Notes under the pieces: model-generated
Told to the model about the DNA's origin: nothing
Databases searched by the model: none
Seen by the model: the letters and a program-made list of their open reading frames with translations, nothing else
Virus record (IMG/VR): IMGVR_UViG_3300027833_000016
Length of the DNA stretch: 64,000 nucleotides
Origin: a virus
Direction: 5' to 3' (one strand)
In this document: positions 1-10,665 of the stretch, piece by piece
Layout: the number at the start of each line of letters is the position of its first letter
How positions within the stretch are numbered: the first letter of the stretch is position 1
Made by a program: the position numbers and the translations under genes

Positions 1-2
1 TC

Positions 3-293
3 CTTCTTGGTAACTATGTGATACTAGAAGTCTATGGTGATCGAGATCCCGGAGTTGCCGCGAACTCTCCCTTGAATTCTTTATGGAATCATAAGTTTCT
101 CAAAGCATACACTATTGCATTGATCAAGAGACAGTGGGGACAGAATATGTCTAAGTTCGAAGGTATGCAACTTCCCGGTGGTGTTGTTATCAACGGCAGA
201 CAGATATACGATGATGCCTCGGCAGAGATCGAACAATTAATGGTCAAGTTTAGAGAAGAAGAAGACGTTGGCCCAATGTTCTTCATAGGATAA
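3..293 (+). CDS. gp13: neck protein gp13, C-terminal part (5' truncated by window)
   Basis: ALIKRQWGQNMSKFEGMQLPGGVVING motif typical of gp13; immediately upstream of gp14. Confidence 0.9.
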   Translation, partial: LLGNYVILEVYGDRDPGVAANSPLNSLWNHKFLKAYTIALIKRQWGQNMSKFEGMQLPGGVVINGRQIYDDASAEIEQLMVKFREEEDVGPMFFIG

Positions 294-297
294 ATTA

Positions 298-2055
298 ATG
301 GCAACTAACCCTTGGGTATCATCTGGTGGATTCCGTCCTGAACAGAACTTGTATGAAGATCTCGTAATTGAGTCTTTAAAGTTCTATGGTCAGGATGTCT
401 ATTATTTACCTCGTGAACTAGTCAATGTAGATAAAGTCTTCATGGACGATGTGCCGTCACACTTTAGTGATGCGTATAAGATAGAGATGTATGTTGAGAA
501 CGTTGATGGGTTTGGGGGTGAGGGAGATCTCTTCTCTAAGTTCGGTGTTGAACTTCGTGACCAAGCAACCTTCGTTACTGCTCGTAGACGTTGGAAGTCT
601 CTGATCGGTGACAAACTAGATTCATATAACTTCCGTCCTAGAGAGGGTGATGTAATATACATTCCATTCTCTAAGTCTATGTTCGAGATCTTTAAGGTCG
701 AGACAGAAACTCCGTTCTATCAATTGAACCAGTTACCTACCTTCCGACTACAATGTGAGTTGTTCGAATACAATGACGAAGACTTTGATGTTGGTATCGA
801 TGAGATCGATGACATTGAACTAGAAGGTGCCTATCAGTACAAACTGAATATGGCAAGTGCTGTGAATGCTAATGCCACTGCCTCATCATTAATAGATGAT
901 AACGGTAGAGTATATGGATTAACTCTGGAAAATCGTGGTATTGGTTATAACACTGCTCCTACTGTTACAATAGCATCTCCACCCGGAAACAACAAGAAGT
1001 TTGGTACAGGTTCTTTGGACGTAACCAAAGGTCGTGGTGTTGAAGCATCATACACACAGACCCACGTCAATGGTAGTGTCGAAGCATGGGTGTATATAAA
1101 TACATTACCTGCTTCAGGTACCCAAGCAATCTTCTTTGAGACTGGTGGTAGTGGTCAAGATGACAAGACATACTTCTGGGGTGTTGGTAGCACAGGACAG
1201 TTAGTATACTCTCGTGGTAATAATAACGGTGGTGGTATTGATACACTCACCAATAATGATATCTTGTTTGAAGCAGGAACGTGGCACCATATTCTTATTG
1301 GAGCATCTGGCACAAACAACCTAGTAATCTACTTTGACTTTGTTAAGAAGTACGATGCCAATGTCGCAGGTGTTACTTGGAATTGGGTATCTGCTAATGG
1401 ATTCTCGGTGGGTGCCGATGCCGCACGAACAGTCGATGGTGTTGATTGGAAAGCACTACAAGGTTTCGTTGATGAGTATCGAGTAAGAGTTGGTACCAAG
1501 GCACAGATCATCGAAACACGATATGACTCCGCAGGTACTACTAATCTGGCAACTCAGACTGCCGCATGGACATCTGATAGTGCAACTGCATACCTCAATA
1601 ACTTTGATCCTATCGGTGCTACTGGATCCTCTGTTTTAGATTCGTCTGGTACGGTCAATTCTATACTACAGATCGAGCAAGGTTTATATTATGATGTTGC
1701 CCCTGCCGTAACTATTTCTCCTCCATACACTGGTGGACAATACAAACGTGGTGAAATAGTAACTCAGACTAATAGTTCTTATACGATCAAGGGAGAAGTT
1801 GTTGCTTGGTCAGATAGTGATAATACCCTATACCTTGCACACGTTGGTGCGACAGACGGCAAATTACACACCTTCTCGAAGACCCAACAAGTGATTGGTG
1901 CGAGTGCGGCATACGCACCGACTTTGGTATCTGAACTGATGGAAATCAACGTTTCTCCTACATTAGGTGGAACTACACAGAATAATTTCTTTGATGACTT
2001 TGAATCAGACTTCTTAGACTTCTCTGAAGGTAACCCATTCGGAGACATGGAATAA
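298..2055 (+). CDS. gp14: neck protein gp14 with a large inserted beta-sandwich (ConA/LamG-like) domain
   Basis: N-term EQNLYEDLVIESLKFYGQDVYYLPRE and C-term DFSEGNPFG are gp14-like; internal SVEAWVY...WHHI...GFVDEYRV is LamG-like. Confidence 0.88.
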   Translation: MATNPWVSSGGFRPEQNLYEDLVIESLKFYGQDVYYLPRELVNVDKVFMDDVPSHFSDAYKIEMYVENVDGFGGEGDLFSKFGVELRDQATFVTARRRWKSLIGDKLDSYNFRPREGDVIYIPFSKSMFEIFKVETETPFYQLNQLPTFRLQCELFEYNDEDFDVGIDEIDDIELEGAYQYKLNMASAVNANATASSLIDDNGRVYGLTLENRGIGYNTAPTVTIASPPGNNKKFGTGSLDVTKGRGVEASYTQTHVNGSVEAWVYINTLPASGTQAIFFETGGSGQDDKTYFWGVGSTGQLVYSRGNNNGGGIDTLTNNDILFEAGTWHHILIGASGTNNLVIYFDFVKKYDANVAGVTWNWVSANGFSVGADAARTVDGVDWKALQGFVDEYRVRVGTKAQIIETRYDSAGTTNLATQTAAWTSDSATAYLNNFDPIGATGSSVLDSSGTVNSILQIEQGLYYDVAPAVTISPPYTGGQYKRGEIVTQTNSSYTIKGEVVAWSDSDNTLYLAHVGATDGKLHTFSKTQQVIGASAAYAPTLVSELMEINVSPTLGGTTQNNFFDDFESDFLDFSEGNPFGDME

Positions 2056-2831
2056 TGTTTGGAACACACTTCTATCACAAACGAGTCAGGACTGCCGTAT
2101 CGGTATTCGGTTCTTTGTTCAATAACATATATGTTTTGAGAACAAATAAAGACGGAGAAGTTATCTCCCAAGTTAAGTGTCCTCTGTCATATGCACCCAA
2201 GAGATCTTTCATACAAAGACTCGAAGAGATGAGATCTGGCGAAGAGTCAGAACGTAGGGTCGCAATGAAGTTACCTCGTATGTCATTTGAGATTACCTCT
2301 ATGTCATATGATGCCCAAAGACAATTACCTAAGACTAATAATTTCTCTACCGCAGTAGCAGGTAGTACTACGCAACGCGCTCAGTTCTTTACCTCCGTAC
2401 CATATGATATGACATTCGATGTCAACATCTATGCTAAGAGTCAGGATGATGCATTGCAAATGGTTGAGCAGATCTTACCTTACTTTAACCCACAGTACAC
2501 AGTGACGGTTAAACCATTCTCTGCCGACTACCCAGAGATCAAAGAAGATATCCCTGTAACGTTACAGTCAGTATCTTTCTCGGATGACTTCGAAGGATCG
2601 GTAGGTGACCGTAGAACAATCATCTACACACTTGCGTTTGGCATGAAGATATCCTTCATGGGGCCACAGACCAATAAGAGCATTATTCGTGAAGTTAACA
2701 ATAACCTATATAATATAGGAGCAGACAGTGATGTCTTCCTTACGCGCTTGCAGACTACGCCCACACCTAATGGGATATCTGTTGATAGCGACTATGGGTT
2801 TAATTTAACATACCTTGACAGTGCTAGTTGA
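2055..2831 (+). CDS. gp15: tail sheath stabilizer/terminator gp15
   Basis: FGSLFNNI, PLSYAPK, LPRMSFE, EQILPYFNP motifs; synteny. Confidence 0.93.
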   Translation: MFGTHFYHKRVRTAVSVFGSLFNNIYVLRTNKDGEVISQVKCPLSYAPKRSFIQRLEEMRSGEESERRVAMKLPRMSFEITSMSYDAQRQLPKTNNFSTAVAGSTTQRAQFFTSVPYDMTFDVNIYAKSQDDALQMVEQILPYFNPQYTVTVKPFSADYPEIKEDIPVTLQSVSFSDDFEGSVGDRRTIIYTLAFGMKISFMGPQTNKSIIREVNNNLYNIGADSDVFLTRLQTTPTPNGISVDSDYGFNLTYLDSAS

Positions 2832-2920
2832 TGACCGTTAAGAACTATGCTCGTTACCTAAGATACAAGTATGGTTATAGACAGTCTAGAAAAGGTACAT
2901 TGGTAAATATATTAGTATGA
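2831..2920 (+). CDS. 29-aa basic K/R/Y-rich peptide (not in ORF track)
   Basis: MTVKNYARYLRYKYGYRQSRKGTLVNILV*; TGATG overlap with gp15 stop and ATGA overlap with gp16 start. Confidence 0.5.
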   Translation: MTVKNYARYLRYKYGYRQSRKGTLVNILV

Positions 2921-3264
2921 CAGAAGAAGAAAAGATTGCACAAGACTATGAACAGTCCAGAGATACTTACTACGACCTTATAGAGAAGGGACGTGAGTCT
3001 TTGGAGTTGATGATCGAGGTCGCTCGTGAGAGTGAACATCCTCGTGCCTTTGAGGTTCTGTCTGGTATGATTAAGAACATATCTGATGTCAACGACAAGT
3101 TGATGGATCTCAATAAGAAGCACAAAGAGATCAACAAGGCAGACCTACCTGCTCTTCCGCAAGGAGGAACAACCAACAATAACGTATTCCTTGGATCAAC
3201 TACTGAACTTCAACGTTTTCTACAGAATGAAAAGAATGTGATCCCCCATGACGATACAGACTAA
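2917..3264 (+). CDS. gp16: terminase small subunit gp16
   Basis: ESEHPRAFEV and NNNVFLGSTTELQ motifs; precedes gp17. Confidence 0.92.
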   Translation: MTEEEKIAQDYEQSRDTYYDLIEKGRESLELMIEVARESEHPRAFEVLSGMIKNISDVNDKLMDLNKKHKEINKADLPALPQGGTTNNNVFLGSTTELQRFLQNEKNVIPHDDTD

Positions 3265-4861
3265 AGACTCATATCTCGGCAACCCTCAAGTAAAGAGAGA
3301 TGGGGTCGAAGAACAGTGGGACAAACATAAGTTAAGAGAATATCAAAAATGCATGAACGACCCTGTATACTTTTGCAAGACCTATGTGAAGGTGATACAT
3401 CTTGATCGCGGTCTGGTGCATTTCGATCTATACCCATATCAAGAAGATATGTTCAAGCACTTTGACGAGAATAGGTTCTCTATTGTCCTTGCTTGTCGGC
3501 AGTCTGGTAAGTCTATTAGTAGTGTGGGTTATCTACTATGGTACGCACTCTTCAACCCAGAGAAAACAATCGCAATCCTCGCAAACAAAGGTGCCACTGC
3601 ACGAGAGATGCTTGCGCGAGTTACGCTCATGTTGGAGAACCTTCCGTTCTTCCTTCAACCGGGATGCAAAGCACTCAACAAAGGATCAATCGAATTTAGT
3701 AATAACTCTAGAATTATTGCCGCGGCTACTTCTGGTTCTTCTATTCGTGGTATGTCTGTTAATCTACTCTTTCTTGATGAGTTTGCTTTTGTTGAAAAGG
3801 CTGCTGAGTTCTATACTTCAACGTATCCGGTTGTCTCTTCGGGTGTTGATACAAAGGTAATCATTACCTCTACTGCTAATGGCGTGGGTAATCAGTTCGA
3901 GAAGATCTGGACAGGTGCCGTACAAGGTGTCAATGAATACAAACCATTCCGTGTGGACTGGTGGGATGTTCCCGGACGTGACGATGAATGGAAGAAGCAA
4001 ACTATTGCTAACACATCTTCATTGCAGTTCGATCAAGAATTTGGTAATACCTTCTTTGGTACTGGAGATACCCTGATCAATGCAGAGACACTGATGGGTT
4101 TACGCGGTCAGGCACCTCATCTTGTTTTAGAGTCGGGTGACTGTTTAATCTATAGCGAACCACAACCCGAACATGAATATATTATGACGGTAGATGTGAG
4201 TAAGGGAAGAGGGCAGGATTATTCGACATTTAATGTCATAGATATTTCCGAAAGACCGTTCAAACAAGTTGCGGTCTATAGAAACAATAGTATCTCTCCA
4301 TTGCTCTTTCCTAATATTATATATAAGTATGCGAATCTCTACAATGAGGCATGGGTAGTAGTTGAGGCAAATGATCAAGGTGGTGTGGTCTGTAATGGAT
4401 TATACTACGAACTAGAGTATGAGAACCTCCATGTATCCAGTGCAACTAAGGCAAACGCACTAGGCATTGAGATGAACCGCAAGGTTAAGAGATTGGGTTG
4501 TTCTGCTATCAAAGATATCATCGAAGAGCAGAAACTACAAGTCTATGACGAGAACACCATACTAGAGATGTCTACCTTCGTGGGTAAAGGTCAGTCATAC
4601 GAAGCATCTGATAACAACCATGATGACTTGATGATGAACCTAGTGATGTTTGGTTACTTTGTGTCCACTCAGTTCTTTGCAGACATGACAGACATCAACC
4701 TTAAACAAATGATGTTCCAAGAGAGAACACAAGCAATCAGCGATGACGTGGTTCCCTTCGGATTTATAGATGACGGATCTTCCTATATAGAAGAGACAGA
4801 TAATACTTGGCAAGGTGGATGGCACGATATAGGCGATACCACAGGTGACCGCGATTGGTAA
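3248..4861 (+). CDS. gp17: terminase large subunit gp17
   Basis: Walker A RQSGKS, Walker B LFLDEFAF, STANG, RNase H-like domain (VDVSKGRGQDYS...HDDLMM). Confidence 0.97.
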   Translation: MTIQTKDSYLGNPQVKRDGVEEQWDKHKLREYQKCMNDPVYFCKTYVKVIHLDRGLVHFDLYPYQEDMFKHFDENRFSIVLACRQSGKSISSVGYLLWYALFNPEKTIAILANKGATAREMLARVTLMLENLPFFLQPGCKALNKGSIEFSNNSRIIAAATSGSSIRGMSVNLLFLDEFAFVEKAAEFYTSTYPVVSSGVDTKVIITSTANGVGNQFEKIWTGAVQGVNEYKPFRVDWWDVPGRDDEWKKQTIANTSSLQFDQEFGNTFFGTGDTLINAETLMGLRGQAPHLVLESGDCLIYSEPQPEHEYIMTVDVSKGRGQDYSTFNVIDISERPFKQVAVYRNNSISPLLFPNIIYKYANLYNEAWVVVEANDQGGVVCNGLYYELEYENLHVSSATKANALGIEMNRKVKRLGCSAIKDIIEEQKLQVYDENTILEMSTFVGKGQSYEASDNNHDDLMMNLVMFGYFVSTQFFADMTDINLKQMMFQERTQAISDDVVPFGFIDDGSSYIEETDNTWQGGWHDIGDTTGDRDW

Positions 4862-4874
4862 TTAAAGGAATATT

Positions 4875-5534
4875 ATGAGAAATATTATACTACAACACTT
4901 CACAGGCAAACTAAGACCACTAGATAAACTCTCTGTAGAAAACATCTCCGCATATGCTGAACGCATAGGTGTCGAGTATCAGTTCGTGGAAGGTCAGGTC
5001 TTTAGGGAACATCTTACACCCCCCTGTCAGAAAGTACATATCCTAGATGAGAAGTGGGACGAATACGATGACGTATTGATGTTGGACATTGATATGTTTG
5101 TTACAAAGAACCTCAGACTCAATGTCTTTAAGGCAGAAGGAGTAGGGTTCGCGGCAGGTGTAGTACAGAGAGGTCTAAAGAGAAAACTTATAAATGAAGG
5201 TCGCATTGATGAGAACACTGGTTACTGGGGTGGAGCATTTTATAAACTGACTCGCGAACAGAGACAGAAACTTCGGTCTGCAATCCCAGACAATGATGAG
5301 TGGATGGATAGATACAATCAACCTTACAAGTATGAGGATGAGGGTATTATATCAGAGTTGTTCTATAGAAGCAAGTGTGAATGGAAAGATGCTGATCCTA
5401 TGTGGCAACAAGATAGTTATCTACCTAACCACCAAGCAGGGATGATTCATGTCCGTACCAAGATAACACCCGAAGGGCCAAAGCGAGAGAAGATAGAGAA
5501 CTACTATAGTATGCACATGGCAGGAATTCTTTGA
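4875..5534 (+). CDS. putative GT-A glycosyltransferase
   Basis: YAERIGVEY, QKVHILDEKWDEYDDVLMLDIDMF (DxD), DEG motif. Confidence 0.65.
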   Translation: MRNIILQHFTGKLRPLDKLSVENISAYAERIGVEYQFVEGQVFREHLTPPCQKVHILDEKWDEYDDVLMLDIDMFVTKNLRLNVFKAEGVGFAAGVVQRGLKRKLINEGRIDENTGYWGGAFYKLTREQRQKLRSAIPDNDEWMDRYNQPYKYEDEGIISELFYRSKCEWKDADPMWQQDSYLPNHQAGMIHVRTKITPEGPKREKIENYYSMHMAGIL

Positions 5535-6271
5535 ACATAATACTACAACACTTTGCAGGTACAATGCCAGAGTGGGCAAACCAAGCAGAGAAGACGATGC
5601 GCAAGTATGCCCATGCCACAGGCGCAGAGTATGAACTAGTCCTTGACTTTCCTATGGGAGAGGAGTTGGGGTTCACACCACAGAAACTTTGTATGCTTCA
5701 AGAGAAGTATGACAAGTACGATCAAGTGTGTATGATTGATATGGACACTATTGCCACACCCGAACATGAAAGTTTCTGGGACAGACCAGAGATTGGTGTA
5801 CTACATGACAGGGCAATGGGTGGACATAATGCACTCAATGCCGTGACAGGAGAACCACACCGTAGTAGAACATACAATGCCGCACCTGCATTATACAAAG
5901 AAGGGGCGCATATATTCTTTGGTAACTGGATCAAGTTGAACCGTGAACAGAGAGTAGAGTTAAGAAAACACTGGGATCATAACTTGTTTGTATTGTCGCT
6001 CAAGGATAAACATCCCGGAGATGAGATCATCCTACACTACCTCCTACATAGATCAGGTATACTTGACGGCAAGACTGTCGAAGAGATCTGTATGCGATGC
6101 GAGGGAGATGACCTTTCTAAACTAAAGTTTCGAGAGCATGACAGACACGACAAGAAGTTCTGCAACCAACCCGAAGACTCACTACCTAATGCCTCTATCA
6201 TGCACTTCTGCGCAGGTAGGAAACGAAATATTATACCAACAATCAGACAAATGTATCCAGAGGGAATATGA
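5531..6271 (+). CDS. putative GT-A glycosyltransferase (paralog of 4875 and 30725 ORFs)
   Basis: NIILQHF N-term, YAHATGAEY, QKLCML...YDQVCMIDMD (DxD), GDE, IMHFCAG. Confidence 0.65.
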   Translation: MNIILQHFAGTMPEWANQAEKTMRKYAHATGAEYELVLDFPMGEELGFTPQKLCMLQEKYDKYDQVCMIDMDTIATPEHESFWDRPEIGVLHDRAMGGHNALNAVTGEPHRSRTYNAAPALYKEGAHIFFGNWIKLNREQRVELRKHWDHNLFVLSLKDKHPGDEIILHYLLHRSGILDGKTVEEICMRCEGDDLSKLKFREHDRHDKKFCNQPEDSLPNASIMHFCAGRKRNIIPTIRQMYPEGI

Positions 6272-6639
6272 GTGACGATCTATTAATACCCAAAGATAAG
6301 ATAGACCCTAAGTACCTAGAAGAGAACGGAGACCTCTGGACAGAAGATAAACTAGAGGAGTATGCCAAGAAACATAGTCATGGTGTGGCGAACAGACCTC
6401 GTGGCAACTATACTATATGCGACATACACCGATTAATATATCACAAGATCTTATCTAAACCAGAGACTCTGGTAGAGAAAGATGTTCAGGCAGAAGTAAT
6501 ACAACTACTAGAGCAAGCGTTTGTGATTGCTAAGAAGACCGATGCTCGACTGAGGATGTATAAACACGACTTTGATGAGGGTTGGTGGGAAGAAGAGAAG
6601 AAGAAACATGAGGACTGGATGAAGGAGTTGAGGAAATAA
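6268..6639 (+). CDS. hypothetical protein
   Basis: ORF with ATGA coupling to upstream gene. Confidence 0.7.
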   Translation: MSDDLLIPKDKIDPKYLEENGDLWTEDKLEEYAKKHSHGVANRPRGNYTICDIHRLIYHKILSKPETLVEKDVQAEVIQLLEQAFVIAKKTDARLRMYKHDFDEGWWEEEKKKHEDWMKELRK

Positions 6640-6667
6640 GTACGCTTATTCTGTAAATAACAATTCT

Positions 6668-6675
6668 TATAAATA
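6668..6675 (+). promoter_or_regulatory. T4-type late promoter (gp55) for gp18
   Basis: TATAAATA in intergenic region. Confidence 0.85.
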
Positions 6676-6741
6676 AAACTATTGAACATAAACGTATTAT
6701 GATAACCGTATTATTCGTTAACGAAACTAAAGGAAAATGTT

Positions 6742-8538
6742 ATGGCTGTTAAACCATCATCTCCTGCAATCAATATCAGTGAAATCGACAAAACGGCAAT
6801 CGTGCCCGCAGTTGGTTCTTCTGGTGGTGGATTCGTAGGAAACTTCCGTTGGGGCCCCGTACACCAAAGAACACTAATTGCTGATGAAACAGGATTAGTT
6901 AGTACTTTTGCGGCACCTGACGACGCGAACTCGGTAGATTTTCACTCTGCCGCGTACTTTCTTAAATACTCACAAACACTACAAGTCGTTCGAGAGAACA
7001 ACGGTGGATCTAACGCACACAGTGCATTAGTACCATTGACCTCTGACTCTGCTACTGTGAACAACCTTTCTCATTGGACGAACACTGTATCGTCTGCTGT
7101 CGGTGAAGGTGGATCAAAGATCTCTACTGGTACTTGGGTTGCAAAATATCCCGGAGAATTAGGTAATGCATTGACAGTATCTTACTGTCCCGCAGGAGAT
7201 TCCGCAAGTGCCGATCACTTTACAGGTTGGGGATATGCTTCTCAGTTTGATGGAAAACCGGGAACTTCTTCTTACGCAACTTCAAATGGCGCATCTAACG
7301 ATGAAGTCCACGTTGCTGTAATTGACCGTACTGGTGCTATCTCTGGAACTCCCGGATCTGTACTAGAGAAGTTTGAATACCTCTCTGTTGCTAAAGGTGC
7401 TACGACTTCTGATAATTCACCTAACTATATCTCAGACGTATTGAATGGACAATCTCAATATATCTGGAATGGTTACTTCGGTGATGACTCTGCATTCGGT
7501 GCTTCTTATAGTAACCTTGGTAGCAACTGGGGAAATACTCCAGTAGTCGGTACCGCAACTAACTTCGGTTTAAGTACCGCACTTAGTGATGCTATGCGTA
7601 CCAACAACCTTGGTTCTGGCGACGAAAGTGCCGCATTAGGTACTGGAGATCTACAGGGTGGTTATGATCTGTTTGAAGATAAACTTCAGACTGAAATTGA
7701 CTTCTTGATTGCTCCACAACATGGTTCTGCCGGAGACGGTGCAACTGTTGTGAATGATCTAGTATCAATCGCAGAAGCAAGAAAAGACTGTGTAGTAGTA
7801 ACATCTGTCGATAAGACAGGTATCGTGGGTAAGACAGATGCACAAGCAACAACTAATGCTGTAACATTTGCTAACTCGTTAACGAAGTCATCTTACTTAA
7901 TCTTAGACAACAACTTTATTAAAGTCTTCGATAAGTATAATGACAAATATATCAACCTCCCTGCCGCGTCAAGCACCGCAGGACTAATGGCGGCAACTGA
8001 TATTATTGCTGATCCTTGGTATTCACCCGCAGGTCAAAGGCGTGGTAACTATCGTGGTATCACTGATATCCTCACTAACCCCAACCAGACTCAACGTGAC
8101 TCACTATATAAAGCAGGTGTTAACCCTATCGCGAACATTCCCGGTACTGGTTTGATCTTGTTTGGTGATAAGACTCTTCTGGGTAGACCTTCTGCCTTTG
8201 ACCGTATCAACGTGCGTAGATTGTTTATCGCAATTGAGAAGTCTATTGGAGAAGCGGCAAAGTCTGTAATGTTTGAATTCAACGACGAGTTTACTCGTGC
8301 AGAGTTCGTGAACATTGTAGAACCCTTCTTGCGTAGAGTTAAAGGTCGTAGAGGTATAACTGACTTCCGTGTAGTTTGTGATGAAACAAACAACAATCAG
8401 GAAGTTGTGGACAATAACCAATTCGTAGCGTCAATCTTCGTCAAACCTGCACGTTCTATCAACTTTGTTCAATTGAACTTTGTTGCTGTTAGAACAGGTG
8501 TGGACTTTGAAGAAGTTGTCGGTTCGGTAGGAGCATAA
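6742..8538 (+). CDS. gp18: tail sheath protein gp18
   Basis: FRWGP, PWYSPAGQRRG, SAFDRINVRRLF, FVKPARSINFVQLNF. Confidence 0.97.
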   Translation: MAVKPSSPAINISEIDKTAIVPAVGSSGGGFVGNFRWGPVHQRTLIADETGLVSTFAAPDDANSVDFHSAAYFLKYSQTLQVVRENNGGSNAHSALVPLTSDSATVNNLSHWTNTVSSAVGEGGSKISTGTWVAKYPGELGNALTVSYCPAGDSASADHFTGWGYASQFDGKPGTSSYATSNGASNDEVHVAVIDRTGAISGTPGSVLEKFEYLSVAKGATTSDNSPNYISDVLNGQSQYIWNGYFGDDSAFGASYSNLGSNWGNTPVVGTATNFGLSTALSDAMRTNNLGSGDESAALGTGDLQGGYDLFEDKLQTEIDFLIAPQHGSAGDGATVVNDLVSIAEARKDCVVVTSVDKTGIVGKTDAQATTNAVTFANSLTKSSYLILDNNFIKVFDKYNDKYINLPAASSTAGLMAATDIIADPWYSPAGQRRGNYRGITDILTNPNQTQRDSLYKAGVNPIANIPGTGLILFGDKTLLGRPSAFDRINVRRLFIAIEKSIGEAAKSVMFEFNDEFTRAEFVNIVEPFLRRVKGRRGITDFRVVCDETNNNQEVVDNNQFVASIFVKPARSINFVQLNFVAVRTGVDFEEVVGSVGA

Positions 8539-8541
8539 GAC

Positions 8542-9072
8542 ATGGCGATTTTAGGTGTAGATGACTTCAAGTCAAAACTAAAAGGTGGTGGTGCCCGTCC
8601 TAACCTCTTTAACTGTAAAGTTAACTTTCCTGCCTTTGCTATCGGTGATGCTGAATTAACATCATTTATGGCAAAAGGTGCGCAGTTACCTGCTTCCGTA
8701 ATCAACCCAATCGTTGTTCCATTCCGTGGGCGACAGTTGAAGATTGCAGGAGACCGAACTTTTGAAGATTGGACTGTAACTATTATAAATGATACTGGAT
8801 TCGAAATTCGTGACGCTATGGAACGATGGATGAATGGTATCAATTCACACAACGCAAACACTGGTTTCAACGATCCTGCTGAATACCAAACTGACCTTGC
8901 TGTTGAGCAACTGGACAAAGATGGACAGAAGTTGAAAGTATATCACTTCCGTTCTTGTTTCCCAGTCAACATCTCAGCAATTGACTTGAACTATGATACT
9001 GTCGATACTATCGAAGAGTTTCAGGTAACGTTCAACGTTCAATACTGGGAAGCAGATGGCGTAACTTCATAG
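8542..9072 (+). CDS. gp19: tail tube protein gp19
   Basis: GGGARPNLF, FRGRQLKIAGDRTFEDWTVTIIND. Confidence 0.97.
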   Translation: MAILGVDDFKSKLKGGGARPNLFNCKVNFPAFAIGDAELTSFMAKGAQLPASVINPIVVPFRGRQLKIAGDRTFEDWTVTIINDTGFEIRDAMERWMNGINSHNANTGFNDPAEYQTDLAVEQLDKDGQKLKVYHFRSCFPVNISAIDLNYDTVDTIEEFQVTFNVQYWEADGVTS

Positions 9073-9094
9073 TTACGACAGGACTAAATATATG

Positions 9095-9119
9095 CGAAGG
9101 GGGGACTTTCTCCCCTTCG
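9095..9119 (+). terminator. GC-rich hairpin between gp19 and gp20 (terminator or processing stem)
   Basis: cgaagggggga-cttt-ctccccttcg inverted repeat; lacks a long U tract. Confidence 0.5.
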
Positions 9120-9141
9120 TACTATATCTAAAGGATAGGAA

Positions 9142-10665
9142 ATGGCAGACGATAACAACAACATTATTAAACTATTCGGTTTCGAACTTTCTCGTACTAA
9201 GAAGAGAGAGCAAGGAAAAGAAAATGATAAACTTCCCAGTATCGTTCCGAAGACGGATGACGATGGGGCAGGATATGTTACCGCGTCTGGTTCACACTAC
9301 GGACAGTACATTGATATCAATGGTGACAATGCGAAGGATAACGCAGAACTCATTATGAAGTATCGCGGAGTTGCTCAACATCCCGAAGTGGATGCGGCAA
9401 TCGAAGACATAGTGAACGAGAGTATCTCTGGTTCAGAGAACGAATCACCGGTTACGATCAACCTAGATGGTGTTGAAACATCTGATAAGATCAAGAAATT
9501 AATTAATGAAGAGTTCGATAATGTCACAAGTATGTTGAACTTTTCAGATCTAGGACATGATATATTCAGGTCTTGGTATGTGGATGGACGATTAGTTCAC
9601 CACTTAATTGTTAACGAATCTAACCTCAAGGCAGGTATCCAAGAGATACGTCCTATTGATGCTGTTAAGGTTCGCAAAGTTAAAGAAGTTAAGTATAAGA
9701 AAGACGATAAGACTGGTGCAAAGATTGTAGACAAGACAGAAGAGTTCTATGTCTTCCAAGAGAAGAACCAGACTCAGAGTGCAGTCAAGTTAACACCAGA
9801 CTCCGTGTCGTATGTTACCTCTGGTATCACTGACCCGACTAAGAAACGTGTCGTATCTTTCTTACACAAAGCAATCAAACCTATCAACCAACTGCGTATG
9901 ATGGAAGACAGTCTAGTAATATACAGACTTGCTCGTGCGCCCGAACGTAGAATCTTTTACATAGACGTGGGTAACCTTCCTGCTAACAAAGCAGAGCAAC
10001 ACATGAAGGAGATCCAGACTCGTTATCGTAACAAGTTAGTATACGATGCAAGTACTGGTAACCTCAAAGATGATCGTAAACATATGTCTATGCTCGAAGA
10101 CTTCTGGTTACCTCGTAGAGAAGGTGGTCGTGGTACTGAGATCAGCACACTTCCCGGTGGTGAGAACCTTGGGCAGATTGATGACATTGTATACTTCCAG
10201 AAGAGATTGTATCGTTCATTGAACGTGCCTATTGGTAGGTTGGAGCAGGAATCACAGTTCAGTCTAGGAAGATCTACAGAGATCTCTAGAGATGAAGTGA
10301 AGTTCCAGAAGTTTATTGACCGTCTGAGACGTAGGTTCTCTGGACTGTTCACAACTATCTTGAAGAAGCAGTTGATCCTTAAACAGATCATCACCCCCGA
10401 AGACTGGGAGCAATTCAAGAACGACATACAGATTGACTTTGTTAGAGATAATCACTTTACAGAGTTGAAAGATTCTGAGATACTTAGAGAAAGACTAAGT
10501 ACTATGGATCAGTTATCACAATACGTTGGAGAGTACTTCTCGCGTGAATGGGTAATGAAGAGTGTAATGATGATGTCTGATGAAGACATTGAACAAATGG
10601 CAAAACAAGTCGAAGCAGAGAATAGTAAGGGTGGAGACGATGACACAGGTAATGAGGAATATTAA
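9142..10665 (+). CDS. gp20: portal protein gp20
   Basis: YRLARAPERRIFYIDVGNLP, MLEDFWLPRREGGRGTEISTLPGG. Confidence 0.98.
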   Translation: MADDNNNIIKLFGFELSRTKKREQGKENDKLPSIVPKTDDDGAGYVTASGSHYGQYIDINGDNAKDNAELIMKYRGVAQHPEVDAAIEDIVNESISGSENESPVTINLDGVETSDKIKKLINEEFDNVTSMLNFSDLGHDIFRSWYVDGRLVHHLIVNESNLKAGIQEIRPIDAVKVRKVKEVKYKKDDKTGAKIVDKTEEFYVFQEKNQTQSAVKLTPDSVSYVTSGITDPTKKRVVSFLHKAIKPINQLRMMEDSLVIYRLARAPERRIFYIDVGNLPANKAEQHMKEIQTRYRNKLVYDASTGNLKDDRKHMSMLEDFWLPRREGGRGTEISTLPGGENLGQIDDIVYFQKRLYRSLNVPIGRLEQESQFSLGRSTEISRDEVKFQKFIDRLRRRFSGLFTTILKKQLILKQIITPEDWEQFKNDIQIDFVRDNHFTELKDSEILRERLSTMDQLSQYVGEYFSREWVMKSVMMMSDEDIEQMAKQVEAENSKGGDDDTGNEEY

